A stretch of 64,000 nucleotides of DNA from Fibrobacteria bacterium (GTDB lineage Bacteria; Fibrobacterota; Fibrobacteria; UBA11236). Every line of letters starts with the position of its first letter. Positions within the stretch are counted from its first letter, which is position 1. Shown here in pieces: positions 9,881 to 16,919 of this stretch. Made by a program: the position numbers and the translations under genes. Location of the stretch: contig JAYTHY010000046.1 in assembly GCA_043732185.1 (NCBI GenBank), forward strand, positions 5,250-69,249, in the 5' to 3' direction. The notes beneath the pieces are model-generated. The model saw nothing but the letters and a program-made list of their open reading frames with translations, did not search any database and was not told the DNA's origin.

Positions 9881-11047
9881 ATGGAATTAAAAAACCTTGG
9901 ATTTCTGGCTGCTATCCTCCTTTTCGTTACGGGTTGTCTGAAGCAGGAAAGTTCCCCAACCGGACCAGCTGCCAATGCCCCATTCCAATCCATTTATAAG
10001 CCCATCAAAAGGGAATACTGGATCACCACGGAAACGACATTCAAATGGGATATGGTGCCGGGGGGTGAAGCCATGATGACCAATGATGTCATTACCCCCG
10101 AACGACGCTACCTCTATAAAACCATCCGGTATGTGCAATCCGACAGTCAGTGGAATACGCTCTCCCTACCCGAATGGCAGCAGCTCTCCGGTCCCATCAT
10201 CCGGGCCACCGTAGGGGATTCCGTGCTGGTCCACTTCAAGAATGGCTCGAACACGGGAATGCCCCTGAGCATACATCCACATAATCTTTTCTATAACGAA
10301 GCCAATGAGGGTGTATGGAGGAAGGACCGGCCCAAAGATTGGCCTGAGCAAGGGACGGCGGGAGGATCCGTCCAACCCGGAGGCGAGTTCCTTTATCACT
10401 GGAAAGCCGAAGCGAAGTCCGTTGGGGTTGGCCCCTATCATAGCCACTCCTTCCACCCCGCGGAAGAACTCTCACTGGGTCTTATCGGAACGATCATTGT
10501 TGATGAGCCCCCCGATCATCCGGAATACGTGAAGTTCGATACCACAATCGCATTGATCTTTAAGACTTATCTGGCGAGGGTTTCCCCAATGGATACCACC
10601 GTGAAGGATTCCACAAAAAAGGATACCTGCACGCCGCCCCTTATACCCTGGAATGGCGGCTGCCATCCGAGAGAACACGTGCCCAAAGATCAATGGCCGG
10701 AAAATATCGTGGACTCATTGGCCCATGGGGGTGGACCGGAAGTGCATACAATCAACGGGATTGCTTATGCCAATCTTAAAGGGCTGAGTTTCAAAAAAGG
10801 CCAAAATATCAGGTTCGTCGTGGTGGCGATGGACGATGAAGGAACACAAAACCACACTATCCATTTCCACGGAGAAATGCTCCAGGAAATGACGCGGACA
10901 AATCTATACAAGGACGTGTTCGATCTTCCTTCTGCCGTGGCAATCGATTTGATAATGAAGGCCGAAAATGTGGGTAAGTGGATGCTTCATTGCCACGTCG
11001 AGCATCACGCTTCGGAAATGATGGCAACTTACGAGATCAGGGAATAA
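9881..11047 (+). CDS. multicopper-oxidase-like cupredoxin lipoprotein (probably two-domain type), paralog A
   Basis: Lipobox FVTGC. All four MCO copper-ligand motifs are present: HPHN, YHSHSFH, HTIHFHGE, HCHVEHHASEMM. GAGGAG RBS before the ATG at 9881. Confidence 0.65.
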   Translation: MELKNLGFLAAILLFVTGCLKQESSPTGPAANAPFQSIYKPIKREYWITTETTFKWDMVPGGEAMMTNDVITPERRYLYKTIRYVQSDSQWNTLSLPEWQQLSGPIIRATVGDSVLVHFKNGSNTGMPLSIHPHNLFYNEANEGVWRKDRPKDWPEQGTAGGSVQPGGEFLYHWKAEAKSVGVGPYHSHSFHPAEELSLGLIGTIIVDEPPDHPEYVKFDTTIALIFKTYLARVSPMDTTVKDSTKKDTCTPPLIPWNGGCHPREHVPKDQWPENIVDSLAHGGGPEVHTINGIAYANLKGLSFKKGQNIRFVVVAMDDEGTQNHTIHFHGEMLQEMTRTNLYKDVFDLPSAVAIDLIMKAENVGKWMLHCHVEHHASEMMATYEIRE

Positions 11048-11089
11048 GAATTTAGAAATCAACGCGTATTCAACGAGAAGGTAAATCTA

Positions 11090-11413
11090 ATGCAACTCAG
11101 AAAAATCGAAGCCTACGTCCGTAGAGAGCGGCTTTCGTTTATTCTCATGGGCCTGGACAAACTCCCCAAGTTCCCGGGAATTACGGTCCTTGACTGCCAG
11201 GGTTTCGGCAACGAGCATCAGCCAAAGACCCACGCCCGGATTGTAGAATACCTCCTTGAACCCTTTCGCCATGCCAAACTTGAAATATTCTGCCCCGAAG
11301 ATGAAATGGGTCGAATTATTGGAGTTGTTAAGGAACAATCCGGGACCAAAGAAGGAAGCCATGTTAGGATTTTCGTATCTGAATTGGGAGAGTTCGAGGA
11401 AGTTAAGAGATGA
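11090..11413 (+). CDS. PII-like (GlnB/CutA-fold) small protein, PII-NG-like
   Basis: 107 aa. KIEAYVRRERLSFILMGLDKLPKFPGITVLDCQGFGNEH is collinear with the GlnB N-terminus (KIEAIIKPFKLDDVREAL..GITGMTVTEVKGFGRQKGH). The T-loop is shortened and lacks Tyr51. Confidence 0.6.
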   Translation: MQLRKIEAYVRRERLSFILMGLDKLPKFPGITVLDCQGFGNEHQPKTHARIVEYLLEPFRHAKLEIFCPEDEMGRIIGVVKEQSGTKEGSHVRIFVSELGEFEEVKR

Positions 11414-11444
11414 CAACCTTGTTGGATAATATTTTGAACCCTAT

Positions 11445-12437
11445 TTGGCGGGGCTTCAAATAGCCCGCCTTCTATTTTTCATCCTCTTTATCTTGAATAC
11501 TATGTACGCATTCGCTGGACGCTGGGTCGTTCACGATATAAGAAACATTCCCGGCAAAGAGGTCAACGTAGTTGTCGGAGACCGGAACGGAAATAAATGG
11601 ATTGGAACAAATAAAGGCCTTGCGGAGTTGACCTTTTCCGGGGAGTGGAAGCTGTTCAACAGGAAAAACACCAATGGAAATCTGAATTCGGATTCAATCA
11701 CTTGTTTAGCCGTGGATTCCAAGAATAATATTTGGATTGGAACCAGGGGAGGAGGGGTTTCCGTCTTTGGCTATGGGTTATGGAAGAATTTCACTTCGGA
11801 AGGTACCAGCGGGTCACTTCCTGACAATTGGATTACGGCAATCGATATCGGTAGTGACGGTGATGTTTGGGTCGGCACTTACAACGGATTCGCGAAACTT
11901 CGTGGGATGAACTGGACTAGTTTTTCCGGTGATAAGATCTCCGGACACCTTCCCAGTAAAATAGTGACTGCCCTGGCGGTGGAGGGTGAGTCCAATGTGT
12001 GGATCGGAACCGCCGGCGGGCTTGTCCATTTTTACCGGTCGGAGTGGGAGATTTACAAAAAAGAAAATACCTCAGGTGGATTGCCTCACAATAGCATCAC
12101 CTCAATTTCAATATCGCCTTCGGGAACAAAATGGATTGGAACATATCGTGGAGTTGGAAGGCTTTCTGGTTCTGCGTGGAATTCTTTTCCGAATGTTAAA
12201 ATGCCAGATGAATTACGTGAGGCGCATATTTACCAGGTTAATGCGGACAAAAAAGAGGATGGTTGGGTTTCATTCAAGGGTGGAGCGGCGCATTGGAATG
12301 GAAATTCCTGGAAAATATTTACCAAAGAAAATACCGGAGGCGGGATTTCCACAGGTTATGTCTATGCCACCTATCCCGAGGAGAATGGCCAAATATGGTT
12401 TGGAACTAGGGAAGGGTTGACCCAGTATATTCCGTAG
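11445..12437 (+). CDS. secreted stand-alone 7-bladed beta-propeller (two-component-regulator propeller / Reg_prop-type repeats)
   Basis: TTG start. Signal peptide ending AFA. Seven repeats of the pattern N.WIGT..G.. (NKWIGTNKGLAEL, NIWIGTRGGGVSVF, DVWVGTYNGFAKL, NVWIGTAGGLVHF, TKWIGTYRGVGRL, QIWFGTREGLTQY). No kinase or receiver domains. Confidence 0.65.
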   Translation: MAGLQIARLLFFILFILNTMYAFAGRWVVHDIRNIPGKEVNVVVGDRNGNKWIGTNKGLAELTFSGEWKLFNRKNTNGNLNSDSITCLAVDSKNNIWIGTRGGGVSVFGYGLWKNFTSEGTSGSLPDNWITAIDIGSDGDVWVGTYNGFAKLRGMNWTSFSGDKISGHLPSKIVTALAVEGESNVWIGTAGGLVHFYRSEWEIYKKENTSGGLPHNSITSISISPSGTKWIGTYRGVGRLSGSAWNSFPNVKMPDELREAHIYQVNADKKEDGWVSFKGGAAHWNGNSWKIFTKENTGGGISTGYVYATYPEENGQIWFGTREGLTQYIP

Positions 12438-12513
12438 ACACGTTTTTTTTAAAAAAGGTGTTCAGAATGAAACCGTAGATTTTCAAAGGCACAAACGCCC
12501 AAGGAGAGTGCAA

Positions 12514-13686
12514 GTGAAACCAAACCGAATCATACGTCTTTGCCTCGCAGCCCCGTTATTTTTCCTTTCCGGCTGCCTGACCAAGGAAAGTTCAACCACC
12601 GGCCCGGATGCCTCACCCGCATTCACATCCAGCTATTCTCCCGTTAAAAGGGAGTACTGGGTCAGCACTGAAACCAAGTTCAAATGGGACATGGTGCCGG
12701 ATGGGGAGGCCATGATGACAAATGACATCATATATCCGGAAAGACGTTACTTGTATAAAACCATCCGTTACGTCCAAACGGATAGCCAGTGGAATGTACT
12801 CCCGCAACCCTCATGGCAGCAGCTTTCCGGACCTATCATACGCGCGACGGTAGGCGACTCGGTTATCGTTCACTTCAAGAATGGCGCCAATACCGGAATG
12901 CCGTTGAGCATGCATCCTCATAACCTGGTCTATGATGAAGCCAATGAAGGCGTCTGGAGAAAGGATCGACCCAAGGAATGGCCTGAAGGAGGCACCGCGG
13001 GTGGCTCAGTGAAGCCGGGTGATTCCTTTACTTATAAATGGAAGGCCGAGGAGAAGTCGGTCGGCGTAGGTCCCTACCACAGTCATTCCTTCCATCCCGC
13101 GGAAGAGATCGCCTTCGGGCTAATCGGAACAATCATCGTGGACCAGCCGCCGGATCACCCCGACTATGTGAAGTTCGACAGCACCATCGCGCTGGTTTTC
13201 AAATCCTACTTGGCAATGGTCGCTCCCATGGATTCAAGCATGAAGGACACGACCAAGAAAGACACCTGCACGCCGCCCCTCATTCCATGGAATGGAGGAT
13301 GCCATCCCAAAGAGCATGTACCCCAAGATCAATGGCCCGAAAACATCATCGACTCAATGGCACATGGAGGCGGTCCCGAGGTACATACCATAAATGGAAT
13401 CGCGTATGCCAATCTCAAAGGTCTGGTTTTTAAAAAAGGACAGAACATCCGATTCGTCGTGTTCGCAATGGATGATGAAGGAACACAGAATCACACGGGT
13501 CATTTCCACGGCGAAATGCTTCGGGAAATGTCCCGGAAGAACCTCGTTAAAGACGTATTCGATCTTCCCTCCGCAGTGGCGATGGACCTGATGATGAATG
13601 CGGAAAATGTGGGGAAGTGGATGCTGCACTGCCACGTAGAACATCATGCGTCCGAAATGATGGCCACCTATGAAATCTCAGAGTAA
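12514..13686 (+). CDS. multicopper-oxidase-like cupredoxin lipoprotein, paralog B
   Basis: Roughly 80% aa identity to 9881..11047 (by eye), with the same four Cu-ligand motifs (HPHN, YHSHSFH, HTGHFHGE, HCHVEHHASEMM). Lipobox FLSGC. GTG 12514 has AAGGAG at -7; the ORF track's GTG 12508 is an alternative. Confidence 0.65.
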   Translation: MKPNRIIRLCLAAPLFFLSGCLTKESSTTGPDASPAFTSSYSPVKREYWVSTETKFKWDMVPDGEAMMTNDIIYPERRYLYKTIRYVQTDSQWNVLPQPSWQQLSGPIIRATVGDSVIVHFKNGANTGMPLSMHPHNLVYDEANEGVWRKDRPKEWPEGGTAGGSVKPGDSFTYKWKAEEKSVGVGPYHSHSFHPAEEIAFGLIGTIIVDQPPDHPDYVKFDSTIALVFKSYLAMVAPMDSSMKDTTKKDTCTPPLIPWNGGCHPKEHVPQDQWPENIIDSMAHGGGPEVHTINGIAYANLKGLVFKKGQNIRFVVFAMDDEGTQNHTGHFHGEMLREMSRKNLVKDVFDLPSAVAMDLMMNAENVGKWMLHCHVEHHASEMMATYEISE

Positions 13687-13695
13687 GGAATCGAA

Positions 13696-14286
13696 ATGAA
13701 AAAGACAATCCCTTTCATAATTGTCGCCGGAATAGGCGTATTCGGATGCAGTCAAAAATCAGAACGCGAGAAAGAATCCACTTCTATGTCGGCCCAGGAA
13801 TCAACCAGGCCCAAACCGGCCTTTGCTGCCCCGGACTCATTCAAAGTGGGGCTCGGAAAGGTTTTTGAAGGCTATACCAATATCGAATCCGCCTTGGCGC
13901 ATGATAACTTCGCCCAGGCCAAAGATGCATTCCAATCCATGCATACCATATTGCACATTCTCCAAACCGACGGTCTGGATAGTTCCGGCAAAGTTTACTG
14001 GGATTCTCTGGATGGGGCCATTATGGGAGTTCTTCATCCCATGGCCGCTGCGGAAAACATCTCGGGAATGCGCGATCACTTCATCGATTTCACGCCGCTG
14101 ATTCTGGATGCGGTTGAGAAATTCGGAGCGTCATCCGAAATCCAAGCCTACCTATTCCATTGCCCTATGGCCAGGAATAAAAAAGGAGCAGATTGGCTTC
14201 AACGCGATACCGTGCTGTTAAACCCCTACTATGGGAATTCGATGCCCACCTGCGGGGCGCTTGTGAGAGAGGTAAAATTCCACTAG
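13696..14286 (+). CDS. lipoprotein with HCPM motif (DUF3347-like / heavy-metal-binding-motif-like)
   Basis: Lipobox VFGCS. C-terminal YLFHCPMARNKKGADWLQ resembles the YxCPMHP heavy-metal-binding motif. AAGGAA RBS. Confidence 0.5.
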   Translation: MKKTIPFIIVAGIGVFGCSQKSEREKESTSMSAQESTRPKPAFAAPDSFKVGLGKVFEGYTNIESALAHDNFAQAKDAFQSMHTILHILQTDGLDSSGKVYWDSLDGAIMGVLHPMAAAENISGMRDHFIDFTPLILDAVEKFGASSEIQAYLFHCPMARNKKGADWLQRDTVLLNPYYGNSMPTCGALVREVKFH

Positions 14287-14367
14287 CGCCCCTATTTCCA
14301 GATTTGACTAGGTATCATCTTTTAGGGTCTCTCCACCGAATTTCATTCACACGAAAGGTGTACAAAA

Positions 14368-14892
14368 ATGAATTACTCGAAAATAGTATCCAAAATATCC
14401 CTGCTCCTATTCTCTTTCATTTTGCGAAGAGCTGCATTCATCCGTATCCTCAAGAGTCTCATATTCACCGGAATTGCATTAACCAGCGCATCTCTGATAT
14501 CGTGCGCTCAATCATCACCAGGAAATCGCGACTCCGGTGAAACGAATTCTTCGACTCTGAATAATTCAGGAGAAATCCAAGGCGTTCTTCATGAGTTTCA
14601 GCTAAGGCTCGATTCAGTAAGGTCGGCGATCGACAGCAATGACCTAAACAAGATTCATGGACAGGCCGAAAACCTCATCCACTGTAAAAAAGCGATCGGG
14701 GGTCTGTATTCCTCGAAAAATGCCTGGGAACGAAATAAAGTCAAGAGCTATTTACACGACATCGATCTTAGCCTTTACTGGCTGCATCAATATGCCGATT
14801 CAAGGGATAGAGCAGCTTCAAATAAAATATTTAATTCGCTCAAATTGGAATTTGAAGCCTTACAGAATTTCTTAGCTCCAAGAATTAAATGA
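14368..14892 (+). CDS. hypothetical helical lipoprotein
   Basis: Signal/lipobox LISCAQ. No recognisable domain. Confidence 0.45.
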   Translation: MNYSKIVSKISLLLFSFILRRAAFIRILKSLIFTGIALTSASLISCAQSSPGNRDSGETNSSTLNNSGEIQGVLHEFQLRLDSVRSAIDSNDLNKIHGQAENLIHCKKAIGGLYSSKNAWERNKVKSYLHDIDLSLYWLHQYADSRDRAASNKIFNSLKLEFEALQNFLAPRIK

Positions 14893-14924
14893 ATTAGGTA
14901 TCACAAAGGGAGGACTTTTACAGC

Positions 14925-15371
14925 GTGAGACAACCTTTTCCAGGAGTGAATGTTTTGGAACCAAAGAAGCCGCGCTTGACTCCCCGCCCAATTCGACATG
15001 TCCCTGGCCCTCCCATGGAAAAGACGCAAGCAGAAGGGCAAAGCATTTTCAAATACCGCGACTATCGCGAATTCATCCGCGACTTCTACACCTCAAGAAA
15101 AGCGAAGGATCCGAAATTTTCTTTTCGCAAGATGGCAATACTCCTAAGCCTCCCCAGTCATGGCCATATTATATTCCTAATAGACGGCGCAAGAAATGCG
15201 GGCACTAAATCTTTCGCGAAAATGATTCGCGGCTTTGGTTTCTCAGGGAAAGAAATCCCTTATTTTGAAAACCTGGTAATGTTTAACCAGGCAACCTCAA
15301 ACCAGGAAAAAATGTTCTATAAAGGGCGTCTTACGGAGCTATTAGGAAAAAAGCCTTTGCGAACAAATTAA
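14925..15371 (+). CDS. TIGR02147-like (Fibrobacter paralogous family) N-terminal fragment, 148 aa, ends in an in-frame TAA
   Basis: YRDYREFIRDFYTSRKAKDPKFSFRKMA...IPYFENLVMFNQA resembles, from memory, the conserved N-terminal half of the TIGR02147 family. About half the usual family length. Confidence 0.45.
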   Translation: MRQPFPGVNVLEPKKPRLTPRPIRHVPGPPMEKTQAEGQSIFKYRDYREFIRDFYTSRKAKDPKFSFRKMAILLSLPSHGHIIFLIDGARNAGTKSFAKMIRGFGFSGKEIPYFENLVMFNQATSNQEKMFYKGRLTELLGKKPLRTN

Positions 15372-16685
15372 GTGGTAGGGTCGCACGTGCCCCCTTTCTG
15401 CTCCCGAAAGGAATTTGATTGCTATTATTGCGTCATGCCAGACCTATTCCAAAGTTTGATTTCACGATACAAGTCCGATCCCGAATCCGTATACCATACG
15501 TGGTTTCTTAATAGCGGAGAAAGACTCAAGGCTTTCCGTTCCGTTCGGCTTGGTGTCGCGCAAGTTATCTCGGACATCCAGACTGGGAAATTCGGAAATG
15601 ATTTCAAAGGCTCTTCGCTGGAGTTCGTTCTCAACTGCATTACCGAACAGAAGCAGGTTTTTGAAGGGGCCGCGCATCCATTTTATTGGAAACCGAAGTT
15701 GCGTATTCCCGATATCTATGAGAATCAACCCAACAAAATTGCGTTCGGACAATTTCTCGAAAAGTGCCTGAACGCGACCAAGGAGGAACAAATACTGAAG
15801 GAGATCGCGCACTTAGACGATCTCTCCATCAAGGGCCTGGGCCCGGCGGTCGCCAGTATCCTGTATTTTCTTCATCCAACCCTCATTCCCCCGTGTAACA
15901 CCGCCATCGTCAACGGTTTCAATACTCTATTCGGAGAAAAAAGGAAACTGGGTTCCTGGCAGGAATATTTGAAGATGCGGGAAACCATCCTAGCCAGGAA
16001 CAGCGAATGGAAATCGGAACTGTCCAACGATCTAGGCGCAATCGGTGGATTCCTGTTCGATGTAGGCGTTAAAAAAATCGTTCCCGATGAAATCCAAAAT
16101 CTCACCGCCGAAGAAAAAGAAAAAATCGATTCCCTGGTTGGAAAAAGACGGAAGGACATTCGTACGGAAAGAGAGGAAGAAGGTTTGCATTCCGAAATGC
16201 AGTACCATCTTCTCAAGATCGGCAAAGCGCTGGGATATGATGTAATTAGCGCCGTAAATGACCGCTCCCGTCAGCATCAGGGGAATCTTTTCTCCTTTGT
16301 ATCACTTCAACATTTTCCCGTTTTGCCCGTGGATGAAGATGTCTTATCCACAATCAAGCTTGTCGATGTGCTCTGGTTTGAGAAAGGAACTTCGAAAATC
16401 GTGTGCGGGTTCGAGGTAGAAAAGAGCACGTCTATATACTCCGGAATCTTACGATTGAGTGATTTATTTTTCTCCCTTCCGGACCACCAAACCAAACTTT
16501 TCCTGGTGGTTCCCAATCAAAGGGAAACCGAAGTCATAATGCAACTGGGGCGACCGTCGATTAAAATCCATGCCACCAGCATTCAATACATCCTTTTCTC
16601 AGAACTCCGGGATAATTGCGACGCCTTATGCCGGTTCGGTGAAAATCATGCGATCATGAGTAAAATTGCCAAAAAAATCACATGA
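15372..16685 (+). CDS. HhH-motif + PD-(D/E)xK restriction-endonuclease-like protein (start uncertain: GTG 15372 directly after the TAA, or ATG 15435)
   Basis: Central LSIKGLGPAVASILYFLHPTLIPPCN is helix-hairpin-helix-like. The C-terminus (EMQYHLLKIGKALGYDV ... VDVLWFEKG ... GFEVEKS) matches the E / hD / ExK order of Mrr-like nuclease cores. Same frame as 14925..15371. Confidence 0.5.
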   Translation: MVGSHVPPFCSRKEFDCYYCVMPDLFQSLISRYKSDPESVYHTWFLNSGERLKAFRSVRLGVAQVISDIQTGKFGNDFKGSSLEFVLNCITEQKQVFEGAAHPFYWKPKLRIPDIYENQPNKIAFGQFLEKCLNATKEEQILKEIAHLDDLSIKGLGPAVASILYFLHPTLIPPCNTAIVNGFNTLFGEKRKLGSWQEYLKMRETILARNSEWKSELSNDLGAIGGFLFDVGVKKIVPDEIQNLTAEEKEKIDSLVGKRRKDIRTEREEEGLHSEMQYHLLKIGKALGYDVISAVNDRSRQHQGNLFSFVSLQHFPVLPVDEDVLSTIKLVDVLWFEKGTSKIVCGFEVEKSTSIYSGILRLSDLFFSLPDHQTKLFLVVPNQRETEVIMQLGRPSIKIHATSIQYILFSELRDNCDALCRFGENHAIMSKIAKKIT

Positions 16686-16806
16686 CCTCGCTTTACGCTG
16701 AACCAATCCCGTGTGACACAAATACTCATAGCCGCTTGAGCACTTGAACCGAAGCTCCCCCTTCCAAGCATTCAATTTTTTCATGGAGACTGAAAAATAA
16801 TCCCGG

Positions 16807-16825
16807 GGTTGTCTTATAGACAACC
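16807..16825. promoter_or_regulatory. perfect 7-5-7 palindrome GGTTGTC-TTATA-GACAACC upstream of 16920 gene (candidate operator)
   Basis: Seen directly in the sequence. About 95 nt upstream of the first ATG of the 582-aa gene. Confidence 0.3.
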
Positions 16826-16919
16826 AATTTCCTGCCAACTCCGCCCTTCTTTCCGGAACAGCCATAGATTCAACTCTTGAGATCCTGCCATCCGAGGGTT
16901 TCTCCTTCGTTAACGTCTC

